The translations under genes and the position numbers were made by a program. A stretch of 64,000 nt of DNA from a virus (lineage: Duplodnaviria > Caudoviricetes). This document shows positions 45,344 through 55,180 of the stretch, in pieces; within the stretch, counting starts at the first letter, position 1; each line of letters starts with the position of its first letter. Below the pieces are notes generated by a model. It had not been told where the DNA came from. It worked only from the letters and a program-made list of their open reading frames with translations, and searched no databases. The stretch is taken from positions 1 to 64,000 of the IMG/VR virus record IMGVR_UViG_2738541225_000002; one strand, given 5' to 3'.

Positions 45344-46165
45344 TTATAGCTCTTTAGCTGCAAAGTCCTCTAGTATTTCTTTAGCATATTTTGCATTGAT
45401 TGTTTTTGAACCATAAGGTACTGTAAAGTAAGTACTAACAACTTTTAAATCATCCCCTTTTATAGTTTCTCCTTTTTTAGTTTCTAAATAAAAATCGCTA
45501 TCTAAATCATTTATCCAAACATTTGTATTATTTTCAATAGAAGATGCAAGTTCAGTGTTTCCTTTCGCATCAATAGTTAAATGACCTGTAATTCCTTTGG
45601 CTTTTATAGCTGGTTCATTTTTTAACATAGAATCAAAGAAAGATGGGGTTTTTACAAAGTCAGATTCATCAACGGCTACATTAACATGCAAGGCCTTAAA
45701 TCCATCTTGTTTGATTCGTTTTATTACGTCTTTTTTGAGAATAGCGGATGGCTTAACTTGAACACCAAATTGCTCAAGAAGGGTTGCTATCTTTACTTCA
45801 GAAAAGTTCATTGAGATTTGCATCAGGGATGCAATAGAATTTCCCTTGATAAGTAAAAACGCATGCAGACTATCGAGGTTCTCGACATCCAAGAGATCGT
45901 TTGATGTTGGAAGTTTGGGGGTAATTGAAACTTGTTCTTTCGGATTATACATAGCAAAGTGTAGATAATGCATGTTTCCACTTGTGGAAAAATCTTTGAG
46001 TTTTATATGCTTACTAGAGGAAACCGGAACTATTGCTCCCACAACAAACTTACTGCTACTAGCAATTTGATCGAAGAGGATATTGGTAGAAGAAGTATTC
46101 ACCTTAAAAGCTCTCACAACGCATTTCTTGGTTAACCCATTCTGCTTAGTTGCTGAAAAGTTCAT
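45344..46165 (-). CDS. AT-rich soluble hypothetical protein, co-transcribed with the 4-TM gene
   Basis: 273 aa, AAGGA RBS. Confidence 0.8.
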   Translation of the reverse strand: MNFSATKQNGLTKKCVVRAFKVNTSSTNILFDQIASSSKFVVGAIVPVSSSKHIKLKDFSTSGNMHYLHFAMYNPKEQVSITPKLPTSNDLLDVENLDSLHAFLLIKGNSIASLMQISMNFSEVKIATLLEQFGVQVKPSAILKKDVIKRIKQDGFKALHVNVAVDESDFVKTPSFFDSMLKNEPAIKAKGITGHLTIDAKGNTELASSIENNTNVWINDLDSDFYLETKKGETIKGDDLKVVSTYFTVPYGSKTINAKYAKEILEDFAAKEL

Positions 46166-46576
46166 GCTGATTCCTTTGGTAATTTTTTATAACAATATTA
46201 TACAAATGCTAACGCGTACGCAAAAACTATCGTAATCTGTTAGGAGTGGTCACTTCGACACACAGCCTAATCATCAAACCTCCCCAAGCGGCGTTTCTTT
46301 TGCTTTTCATGAATAGATGTTAACCTATTGATTGTATTGATTATATTGGTCTTAAGCCTATCCTTTATCTGTTCGCGCCCCTGATATCCCGGAGATGGAT
46401 ATAATGAAAATGATCAACAGCTGGTTTGAGATACTGAGTTGAAGAGTTAGTAGTATGGAGATCCCCCCTCTGTGCATCTTGCTGGGTTCTACTGTTAAGG
46501 CTTGGGCGTTTATCAAACACAGGTAGTTATACACCTGACATTGACGCTTTGAATGTTTGGAACATAAATTATTGAT

Positions 46577-46685
46577 GTGGTGAATCCCCCTGTGCGGAGG
46601 GGCGACCAGTCAGTTACAGACACCTGTAAATGCAGCGCGGGCCATGCCGACTGGGGCATGCTCACCGGGAGGCACCCGGCACCAC
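46577..46685 (+). ncRNA. Structured GC-rich RNA element in the late leader
   Basis: Closing GTGGTG/CACCAC stem with several internal hairpins, set in AT-rich DNA. Confidence 0.45.
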
Positions 46686-46846
46686 ACTGCCACTAAACTT
46701 ATTTAAGATTTATGGCAGGTTTACTTTTGCGGTTGCCCTTCTATGTTTATAGAACGTAACGGCAAAAGTGAATGCTTCCTGGTAAATCGGTAGCTCGGAC
46801 TATTAGGAGTGCCTTCGTTTCGTTACTACCTAGAATGCCTACTTTC

Positions 46847-46871
46847 AGCCCGCCTTCAGGCGGGCTTTTTT
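46847..46871 (+). terminator. Intrinsic terminator upstream of the lysis genes
   Basis: AGCCCGCC-TTCA-GGCGGGCT-TTTTT. Confidence 0.8.
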
Positions 46872-47050
46872 ACGCCATCAATAGGGCGCTTCAGAAAGAA
46901 AAGGTAAACATCATTTGAAGGCAGCGCTTTGCGTGGCCTTTCTTATTTCAGGCTCACGGGAATCATCATCGATACGGCTCGTTGTTAAATCAGCCCGATG
47001 GGCCTGGCCCCCTACACGCACAAAGCACCCCGTTAACCCGGAGGTGGAGT

Positions 47051-47266
47051 ATGTATCGAATGGACAAGCTAACAACAGGTATTGCCTACGGAACGTCCGC
47101 AGGTAACGCGGGGTTTTGGATGTTGCAATTGCTCGACAAAGTATCCCCATCTCAGTGGGCCGCTATCGGTGTTCTGGGAAGTCTGGTATTTGGCTTGCTG
47201 ACATACCTGACGAATCTGTATTTCAAAATTAAAGAAGACCGGCGAAAAGCTGTGCGAGGTGAATAA
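47051..47266 (+). CDS. Phage-21-type class II holin with dual start (M-Y-R-M)
   Basis: [11 protein letters not shown]...[13 protein letters not shown]. Confidence 0.93.
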   Translation: MYRMDKLTTGIAYGTSAGNAGFWMLQLLDKVSPSQWAAIGVLGSLVFGLLTYLTNLYFKIKEDRRKAVRGE

Positions 47267-47763
47267 TGTCTCCGACACTACGTAAAAGTGTTCTTGCGGC
47301 AGTCGGCGGCGGGGCCCTGGCGATTGCCTCTGCTCTCATAACTGGCCCAATGGGTAATGATGGGCTTGAGGGAGTGCGATACGACCCTTATCAGGATGTG
47401 GTAGGTGTCTGGACGGTTTGTTACGGCCACACAGGTAAAGACATCATGCTCGGCAAAACCTATACCGAGGCAGAGTGTCGGGCGCTACTAAATAAAGACC
47501 TGAATACCGTAGCTTGGCAGATCAACCCTTACATCAAAAAACCGATCCCAGAAACAATGCGTGGGGCTCTGTACTCATTCGCCTATAACGTCGGAGCCGG
47601 GAACTTCCAGACCTCTACTCTGCTTCGCAAAATCAACCAGGGTGACCAGAAAGGTGCGTGTGATCAGCTGCGCCGCTGGACCTATGCCAAAGGTAAGCAG
47701 TGGAAAGGACTTATTACTCGGAGGGAAATTGAGCGTGAAGTGTGTTTATGGGAGCAAAGATGA
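47266..47763 (+). CDS. SAR endolysin (phage 21 R-like lysozyme)
   Basis: [13 protein letters not shown] segment; EG...[15 protein letters not shown]. Confidence 0.93.
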   Translation: MSPTLRKSVLAAVGGGALAIASALITGPMGNDGLEGVRYDPYQDVVGVWTVCYGHTGKDIMLGKTYTEAECRALLNKDLNTVAWQINPYIKKPIPETMRGALYSFAYNVGAGNFQTSTLLRKINQGDQKGACDQLRRWTYAKGKQWKGLITRREIEREVCLWEQR

Positions 47764-48110
47764 GTCGCTTAACCGCCGTTATCATCGCAATAGCAATCCT
47801 GCTAATGTCCTGTGCCATTTCATGGCGTATGGGATGGAGTTCCCACGCTGATCACATCAATGCTCAGGCTGCGAAGAAGAGAGATAAGGCCGAGAATGCC
47901 ATTAAGCCTGTAGAGGAAAAGGCCGCTACTGCTAACGAAGCGGGTAAGGTCATCTACAAAACAATAACCCGCGACGTGGTGAAATATGTTCAGTCTCCGA
48001 ATCGTACTGTGTGTAGGTTTGATGATGCTGCTGTGCAGTTGCGTCAGCGCGCCATCGATGCTGCCAACTCCATCCCCGGATTTGATGAGTCCGCCGTGCA
48101 AAGCAAGTGA
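47760..48110 (+). CDS. i-spanin (Rz-like)
   Basis: TM plus coiled coil; homologue of 35558-35917. Confidence 0.75.
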   Translation: MSRLTAVIIAIAILLMSCAISWRMGWSSHADHINAQAAKKRDKAENAIKPVEEKAATANEAGKVIYKTITRDVVKYVQSPNRTVCRFDDAAVQLRQRAIDAANSIPGFDESAVQSK

Positions 48111-48228
48111 CGCAGGGAATGACAGCGATGAAGATTTACAGTCTGATATAGAAACCGCTCAATGCCTGCGCCAGCTCCGTTTGGATAAGTATCGCTGGCA
48201 GGCGTACTATCGGGCGGTGAGTAAGTAA
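47986..48228 (+). CDS. o-spanin (Rz1-like lipoprotein)
   Basis: LLCSC lipobox; overlaps Rz. Confidence 0.7.
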   Translation: MFSLRIVLCVGLMMLLCSCVSAPSMLPTPSPDLMSPPCKASDAGNDSDEDLQSDIETAQCLRQLRLDKYRWQAYYRAVSK

Positions 48229-48377
48229 CAGGCATAGCACATGAAATAAGTGGCCTTAAGTGAACAAAAAATCTGAAAACAAGACATTCAAGCTTTCAGC
48301 ATCGAAATGTTTGTATCTAATTCAGGGGGTGTCATGCACTATAGGATCTCAAACCACTCTTAACTAAGTAGCCACTC

Positions 48378-48575
48378 ATGACAGTAAACTTACTACCACA
48401 ACTACCATGCGGTTATCGTTACGGCATTGAGCGCTCGATCCGGCCCCAGACTGGTGCGGAATTTTTTCCGCCACAAGGGTGTGTTATCAAATCTGTTAAC
48501 TTTGGGGATGGTGTGGTTATTTGTGTGCCCATCCAATGGTACATTAAACAATTAGATTTATGGGTCACTGTCTAA
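48378..48575 (+). CDS. Hypothetical protein
   Basis: 65 aa ORF in AT-rich post-lysis DNA; weak RBS. Confidence 0.4.
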   Translation: MTVNLLPQLPCGYRYGIERSIRPQTGAEFFPPQGCVIKSVNFGDGVVICVPIQWYIKQLDLWVTV

Positions 48576-49243
48576 GGAACCATCGAATAATATGTTAGTT
48601 ACCAGCCTCGTTAGGGCGAACTGATAATTGCTCTCAAAAGACCAGCATAGAAGCCTGTTGCTCTGGTTGAATGTTCCGGCAAGTTGAAAATGATTGGTTC
48701 AATGAGCTCTTTCGATATTTAAATGCTATCGATAACTTAAATGAAGCTATCATCACGTTATCACTGCCAGCCAACACCGAAACGGCAGTGGTCAGTTAAA
48801 AAGCAGAAAAGCCTCTCTTGGGTGGCTCCTGAGAGATTTTAGTTTTCTAACTGGTACTAACCAAAGGTCGCATATCTATGCGGCCTTTTTTTTAGCCGGT
48901 TTCATGGCTTGAGGACATCCTGGACGAGAATATGTGACAAAACCAATCAGGGGAAACAGGAATGCCCTGTGAGCGGATTTACGAATCAGTAAGAACGTTT
49001 ATCCCCACAAAAGGATAAGATGGCTTTTATCCCTTTGTGGGGGTAAAAACCGTATGGCCTCGCATCTGCGGGGCTTTTTTATTCGCAAAGGTAAAACGAT
49101 GAAGAGCTTAGATATTGAATCCATAGGCGGGAGGCTGATGGCGATTGAGTATGACGGTTTGTCATGCGCATCGTTGCCAGTTTCAGAGTTCCCCATCGAC
49201 AGTACACCTTTAACTCTCCCTCAATTCATGCTCAAGGATGTGT

Positions 49244-49606
49244 ATGCCACCACGAGCTAAACGACCTTGCCGTCACAGAGGATGCGCGGCAGTGACGAAT
49301 GATGTCGGTGGATACTGTGAGATCCACCGGCAGCAACACGCCGGCGATGGCTGGCGTAACTATCAGCCAGGAAAAACTCGACAAGACCGTGGTTACGGTC
49401 GTCCGTGGGAAATTAAACGGGCCCGTATCATGAAAAGAGATAAATACCTTTGTCAGAACTGTAGACGAGACGGTATTGCCACGAAAGCCACAAGCGTCGA
49501 CCACATCATTCCCAAAGCTCATGGCGGTACCGATGATGACTTTAATCTCGAGTCATTGTGCTGGAGCTGCCACAGCAAGAAAACAGCAACAGAGAGGACC
49601 CGATGA
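49244..49606 (+). CDS. HNH endonuclease (terminase cofactor type)
   Basis: RDKYLCQNC...VDHI...NLESLC..CH..KT. Confidence 0.9.
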   Translation: MPPRAKRPCRHRGCAAVTNDVGGYCEIHRQQHAGDGWRNYQPGKTRQDRGYGRPWEIKRARIMKRDKYLCQNCRRDGIATKATSVDHIIPKAHGGTDDDFNLESLCWSCHSKKTATERTR

Positions 49607-49881
49607 AGAATTTCAAAATTGAATACGTTGATGGCGCTTTGACCGTTCTGGAGACGGATGGTCAGTCACGGATGAATGAAGCCGTACATGGCATCCATTT
49701 TGAGCATGTTCAGGGCGGCCGCCCCCTGCTTAAACTGACGATTGCACATGATATTGCTCCGGCCCCTGCCTCATCAAGTGCACTGGATCAGGAGCCTTTA
49801 GAGGGTGAGCTGGTAACGGAACAACAGACGAAGGCTCCCGTTGGTCGCCGCTCACGTCATCGTCGTGGAGGTAAGCAATGA
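49603..49881 (+). CDS. Hypothetical protein
   Basis: GAGGA RBS, ATGA overlaps; Arg-rich C-terminus. Confidence 0.65.
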   Translation: MKNFKIEYVDGALTVLETDGQSRMNEAVHGIHFEHVQGGRPLLKLTIAHDIAPAPASSSALDQEPLEGELVTEQQTKAPVGRRSRHRRGGKQ

Positions 49882-50309
49882 TGTATCAGCGCACGGATCT
49901 GACACTCTCAATGTTCTATGCATCCAGCGCTGATGCAGAGGGAAACAAAGTGGCTACTTTGACGATGCAGGTTATCGCTGCAGAGGCTGGCTCCGTCCAG
50001 ACCAGCCAGTTGCGCTGTATTACCGATAGCGCGAAGAAAAAAACGTATAGCGTAGGCGAACAATCTGTCAGTAATGGTTCCGATCCGTTGCTGGTCGCGA
50101 TTGAGAATTACTGGCGTCAGAATACAGATGTCGTCGTTAAAGGATTGATCGCCGAAGTGACCGACTTCATCGCAGGGAACATCAACTCAGTCAGCACCTG
50201 GATCGGCCAGTTTGGGATGAAGGTGTTCGAGAACCAGCCATTGGCTGAACGGCTACCAGAAAGCGTACTGCAGGCCGATGGAGGCTCCGCTACAGCGACA
50301 GGGTCCTGA
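49878..50309 (+). CDS. Hypothetical protein
   Basis: 143 aa, GGAGG RBS. Confidence 0.7.
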   Translation: MMYQRTDLTLSMFYASSADAEGNKVATLTMQVIAAEAGSVQTSQLRCITDSAKKKTYSVGEQSVSNGSDPLLVAIENYWRQNTDVVVKGLIAEVTDFIAGNINSVSTWIGQFGMKVFENQPLAERLPESVLQADGGSATATGS

Positions 50310-50558
50310 CAGCAGGCATTACATAAGGTGCTCACAAAGAGCCTGGGATTTTCCGGACCACGCAATGTGAACCGTATTCGCCGCCGGCGAAGCCGGAATG
50401 ACGATATCCACCTCGACTGAGGCAGCTGCTGGCAGGGGGGAGGGGGGATCAAATCCCTGACCCCTTTCGCGCTTCGGGACTGCCCGTTGAAGTCTATTTT
50501 TACACGCCAGAAATAAGAAATTTTTTTCCGGAAGGTTTCATCTATCAAAGGAACGTTT

Positions 50559-50993
50559 ATGGCCGGAGGAATTCGATCGTCCGGTGGTGGCCGAAAACCT
50601 ACTTTACCCACCGGGCAAAAAAGCAAATTAACACGTATTGCGCCCCCCGCTGAGTTAATGGGGGAGGCGGCAATAAGAATGTGGAAGACGCAAAGCAAAA
50701 TACTCATCGACCGAGGGGTGTTTGAGCTGGAGGATGCACCTTTGTTGCTGGCTTACTGCAATGCTTTTCATCTGATGCTCGAAGCCGAAAAAATGCTGGC
50801 CAGCGGACTGACCTCAGAAAGTGAAATGGGGGGCCTGAAAAAACACCCTGCAGTTAATGTCCGGAATGACTCGGTTTCCCAGCTTGCCCGCCTCGGCTCT
50901 CTGTTGGGGTTAGATCCGCTCAGTCGTCTTCGCATGACCAGCGGACAAAAGGATCCGGACGATGACGGGAATGAATTCGATGAGTTTGACTGA
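50559..50993 (+). CDS. terS: Terminase small subunit (P27 family)
   Basis: GGRKP...YC...KKHPAV...LGLDP.SR. Confidence 0.9.
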   Translation: MAGGIRSSGGGRKPTLPTGQKSKLTRIAPPAELMGEAAIRMWKTQSKILIDRGVFELEDAPLLLAYCNAFHLMLEAEKMLASGLTSESEMGGLKKHPAVNVRNDSVSQLARLGSLLGLDPLSRLRMTSGQKDPDDDGNEFDEFD

Positions 50994-52714
50994 TGGCTAC
51001 CTATCCGAACGTCAATGCGGCGAACCAGTATGCGCGGGATATCGTTGGCGGGAAGATTCTGGCGTGTCAGTTAACGGTACTTGCCTGTCAGCGACATCTG
51101 GACGACCTCGAACGAGCAAAGGATCCCCACTGGCCCTACCGCTTCGATAAAAACAAAGCAGAACGATTTCTTCGTTTTGCCCAGAAAATGCCTCATACCT
51201 CAGGGGAATGGGCCCGGCGTAAACTCCGGATTGAATTTGAAGCCTGGCAGAAGTTCGCTCTTGGCGTACCGTTTGGATGGGTACACAAGAAGACAGGCCT
51301 GCGTCGTTTCTCTGAAATCTATATCGAGGTGCCCAGGAAGAACGGGAAATCCGCTATTGCCGCTGCTGTAGGAAATTATATGTTTTGTGCAGATGGCGAG
51401 CATGGTGCAGAAGTCTATTGCGGCGCCACGACTGAAAAACAGGCATGGAAGGTATTTTCTCCGGCGCTGCAAATGGTGAAAAAGCTGCCGGCATTGCGGC
51501 AAAAATTCTCGATAAAACCCTGGGCAAAAAAAATGACGCGCCCTGACGGTTCGGTTTTTGCGCCTGTGATCGGTGACCCGGGGGATGGTGATTCGCCATC
51601 ATGCGCCATCATTGATGAATATCACGAACATACTACTGATGCGCTTTACACCACCATGACCACCGGTATGGGGGCTCGTGAACAACCGATGACACTGATC
51701 ATCACCACCGCTGGCTATGACATTACATCCCCTTGCTATGAAAAGCGTACTCAGGTTGTCGAGATCCTGCGGAGAACCCGTAATGGCGAGGAAAATGAAA
51801 CCATATTTGGGCTGATTTATGGCCTTGATGACGATGATGACTGGACGACTCCTGAGGCATTAATCAAGGCAAACCCCAACTATGGCATTTCGGTAAAAGC
51901 AGATTTTCTCCGGGCTAAACAATTATTGGGTATGTCGACGCCCGGGCAGACAAACAAGATTCTGACCAAGCATTTCAATCGCTGGGTAAGCGCAAAATCA
52001 GCTTATTACGACTTGAGAAAATGGATGGATGCAGCCGATAAAAACCTTAAGTTGTCAGATTTTGAAGGGGAAGAATGCTGGCTGGGTATCGATCTGGCCT
52101 CGAAAGTTGACCTCAATGCCGTGGTTCCAGTTTTTCGTCGTGAAATAGACGGAATAACACATTTTTACTGTGTTTCTCCTCTGTTCTGGGCACCCGAAGA
52201 AACCATTTACTCGCAGGAGACCGCGCTGAAAAGTACCGCAGAACGTTATCAGTCCTTTGTCCGGCAGGGTAAGTTGATCCCGACCGATGGTGGCGAAGTT
52301 GATTACAGGCTGATATTTGAAACGATCCTGAAGCTGCGGAATACCGTAAAAATTGCCCAATGCCCCATTGACCCTTATGGCGCGACTTCATTACGTCACA
52401 TGCTCGAGGAAGAGGGGCTTGAGCCTGTCGAGATAAGACAAAATTTTACCCATATGAGTGATCCTATGAGAGAGATTGAGGCTGCGCTCATCTCGGGGAG
52501 ATTCCATCATGACGGACACCCTGTCATGAACTGGTGTATTTCCAATATCGTCGGCCAGTACCTTCCCGGAAGTGACGATATTGTGCGTCCCGGGAAAGAA
52601 GGGCGGCAGAACAAGATAGATGGTGCGGTTGGTTTAATGATGGGGCTGGGGCGCGCCATGCTTAACAGTTCAGTGATGACATCCGTATACGATGAGGAAG
52701 ATATAGCATGCTAA
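50993..52714 (+). CDS. terL: Terminase large subunit
   Basis: PRKNGKS, IIDEYH, ITTAG, GIDLA, KIDG. Confidence 0.95.
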   Translation: MATYPNVNAANQYARDIVGGKILACQLTVLACQRHLDDLERAKDPHWPYRFDKNKAERFLRFAQKMPHTSGEWARRKLRIEFEAWQKFALGVPFGWVHKKTGLRRFSEIYIEVPRKNGKSAIAAAVGNYMFCADGEHGAEVYCGATTEKQAWKVFSPALQMVKKLPALRQKFSIKPWAKKMTRPDGSVFAPVIGDPGDGDSPSCAIIDEYHEHTTDALYTTMTTGMGAREQPMTLIITTAGYDITSPCYEKRTQVVEILRRTRNGEENETIFGLIYGLDDDDDWTTPEALIKANPNYGISVKADFLRAKQLLGMSTPGQTNKILTKHFNRWVSAKSAYYDLRKWMDAADKNLKLSDFEGEECWLGIDLASKVDLNAVVPVFRREIDGITHFYCVSPLFWAPEETIYSQETALKSTAERYQSFVRQGKLIPTDGGEVDYRLIFETILKLRNTVKIAQCPIDPYGATSLRHMLEEEGLEPVEIRQNFTHMSDPMREIEAALISGRFHHDGHPVMNWCISNIVGQYLPGSDDIVRPGKEGRQNKIDGAVGLMMGLGRAMLNSSVMTSVYDEEDIAC

Positions 52715-52887
52715 TTTCAGTTTTGAGTTTTATTGTCGGCCTCACTGGTGCTGGATTGTTATCCGCAGGTGCCTGGCTTATTTCTCCATCAGTGGGATTG
52801 ATAACAGGAGGGGTTATTTGTCTGGGCTGGTCATATATGACAACCCGGGCCTTTTCCTCCGGCGTCAGCAATGGCGGAGGTGAATAA
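52708..52887 (+). CDS. Small membrane protein between terL and portal
   Basis: 59 aa hydrophobic ORF (MLISVLSFIVG...) with GAGGA RBS. Confidence 0.65.
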   Translation: MLISVLSFIVGLTGAGLLSAGAWLISPSVGLITGGVICLGWSYMTTRAFSSGVSNGGGE

Positions 52888-54146
52888 TGTTCCTACCCCA
52901 GATGTTCAGGGGCCGACAATACTCGGGAAATGGCTTCTGGGAAGCCATGCTGGGCGGGGTTCGTTCAAGCCAGAGCAAAACTGGCATCATAATCACGCCG
53001 GAAACTGCTCTGGGACTTTCTGCGATCCGGGCCTGTGTTACCCTCCTGGCGGAGTCCGTCGCGCAGCTGCCGTGCGAACTTTACCGGCGGGATAATAATG
53101 GCGGGCGCCAGCGTGCGACGGATCACCCGGTTTATGACCTGATTCACTCCCAGCCTAACAGGAAAGACACCTCATTCGAGTATTTCGAGCAGCAGCAGGG
53201 GTTGTTGGGGCTGGAGGGAAATTGCTACTCGATCATCGAACGGGACGGAAAAGGCTACCCGAAAGAGCTGATCCCCATTAACCCGAAAAAGGTCATTGTG
53301 CTGAAAGGGCCGGACGGTATGCCGTATTACCAACTCCCGGAAGTCGGCGAAATTCTGCCGATGCGCATGATGCACCATGTGAAGGTCTTTTCTCTGGATG
53401 GCTATATCGGCAGTTCCCCCATTCAGACGAACGCCGATGTTCTGGGGCTGAATCTGGCGGTTGAGGAGCATGCGGCCGCGACATTCCGGCGCGGGACAAC
53501 GATGAGCGGGGTGATAGAGCGTCCGAAAGAGGCCGCGACCATTAAAAGCCAGGATGCTATTGATCGCCTGCTGGCGAAATGGACCGAGCGCCATTCCGGT
53601 ATTCACAATATGTTCTCTGTGGCATTGCTGCAGGAGGGCATGAGCTATAAACAACTGTCGCAGGATAACGAAAAGGCGCAGCTGCTACAGTCGCGGCAGT
53701 GGGGCGTGGAAGAGGTCTGCCGGCTCTATAAAATCCCGCCACATATGGTGCAGATGCTGGCGAAAGCGACCAACAACAACATCGAGCACCAGGGCCTGCA
53801 GTTCGTGATGTATACGCTGCTGGCCTGGCTGAAACGCCATGAGGGTGCGCTGCAGCGCGATCTGCTTCTGCCCAGCGAACGCCGCGATTTGTACATCGAG
53901 TTCAACGTTTCCGGGCTGCTGCGAGGCGATCAGAAATCACGCTATGAATCTTATGCGCTGGGCCGCCAGTGGGGATGGCTATCCACTAACGATATCCGGC
54001 GCATGGAGAATCTGCCGCCAATTGCTGGCGGGGACAAATACCTGACGCCGCTCAATATGGTCGACAGCGCGAAGATCCTTCCTGGCGATAAGTCGCCGAC
54101 AGCAAAACAGCTGGCCGAAATCGAAACCCTTCTGGCCAGAGCCTGA
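52887..54146 (+). CDS. Portal protein (HK97 family)
   Basis: ACV.LLAESVAQLP...GN.Y...NDIRRMENLPP. Confidence 0.93.
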   Translation: MFLPQMFRGRQYSGNGFWEAMLGGVRSSQSKTGIIITPETALGLSAIRACVTLLAESVAQLPCELYRRDNNGGRQRATDHPVYDLIHSQPNRKDTSFEYFEQQQGLLGLEGNCYSIIERDGKGYPKELIPINPKKVIVLKGPDGMPYYQLPEVGEILPMRMMHHVKVFSLDGYIGSSPIQTNADVLGLNLAVEEHAAATFRRGTTMSGVIERPKEAATIKSQDAIDRLLAKWTERHSGIHNMFSVALLQEGMSYKQLSQDNEKAQLLQSRQWGVEEVCRLYKIPPHMVQMLAKATNNNIEHQGLQFVMYTLLAWLKRHEGALQRDLLLPSERRDLYIEFNVSGLLRGDQKSRYESYALGRQWGWLSTNDIRRMENLPPIAGGDKYLTPLNMVDSAKILPGDKSPTAKQLAEIETLLARA

Positions 54147-54182
54147 TTATTTCCCGCTGCGCGGGATGACCTGGAAGACAAC

Positions 54183-55103
54183 ATGACAACGAGATTAATT
54201 AACCTGCCGCACCTGGCAGATATGGTCTTTGGTGTGCCGCATTACGTTACGCGGCAAACAATGGACTCCGTGAAAGCAGTGCTCATCCCCCGCATTCAGG
54301 GGGGCACCGAAGATGCCGTCATTCAGATGGCGCTGAATCCGGGTAAATCACCTGCTGCTGAGCAGGTCCAGCCCACCGGCGGGGTGGCGGTGATCCCCGT
54401 TCACGGCATTCTTGTTCCACGCCGGGGGCAGATTACGGCGATGTGCTCCGAGCTGACCAGCTACGAGCGGATCCGCGGGCAGTTGCAGGTGGCGTTAAAC
54501 GACCCCTCAATCAGCGAAATCGTTCTGGATATTAACTCCGGCGGCGGCGCAGCGGTGGGGTGCAAGGAGCTGGCCGATTACATTTATCAGTCTCGCGACA
54601 CGAAACCCATCACGGCGATTGTGAACTACAGCGCGTATTCCGCCGCGTATTTCATCGCGTCGGCCTGCAGCAAAATCATCGTCAGCCAGACCAGTGGCGT
54701 GGGGTCGATTGGTGTGATCATGGAGCACCTCGATACGTCGAAGATGGAAGAAAAAATGGGGCTGACGTTCACCACCATTTACCGGGGAGATAACAAAAAT
54801 AACGGCACCCAACATGAACCACTGAGTGAAGAGTCGCTGGGTATGTTCCAGGACATGATCGACGAAATGTACGAGACGTTTACGGGGTCGGTGGCCGAAT
54901 ATCGCGGCCTGAAGCAGCAGGCCGTCATTGATACGCAGGCGGGGCTGTATTTTGGCCCTGGCGCTGTGTCAGCCGGCCTGGCGGATGAAGTCTCTGACCC
55001 CCAGGCGGCGATCAATGCTATCGCGGCAAAGTATCAGCAACCCCGTCAAAAAACCTCCATTCAGATGCAGGCAGCCGCGATGGATCTGCAAACCAAAATG
55101 TAA
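54183..55103 (+). CDS. Prohead protease (S49 family)
   Basis: LDINSGGG, AYSAAYFIAS, VGSIGV. Confidence 0.9.
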   Translation: MTTRLINLPHLADMVFGVPHYVTRQTMDSVKAVLIPRIQGGTEDAVIQMALNPGKSPAAEQVQPTGGVAVIPVHGILVPRRGQITAMCSELTSYERIRGQLQVALNDPSISEIVLDINSGGGAAVGCKELADYIYQSRDTKPITAIVNYSAYSAAYFIASACSKIIVSQTSGVGSIGVIMEHLDTSKMEEKMGLTFTTIYRGDNKNNGTQHEPLSEESLGMFQDMIDEMYETFTGSVAEYRGLKQQAVIDTQAGLYFGPGAVSAGLADEVSDPQAAINAIAAKYQQPRQKTSIQMQAAAMDLQTKM

Positions 55104-55180
55104 CCCGGCGCAAACACAAACCGCGTCACCTTAAGCAGCCAGCAGGCTGCTTTTTTTATGTCTAAAAAGAGAGAAATCAA

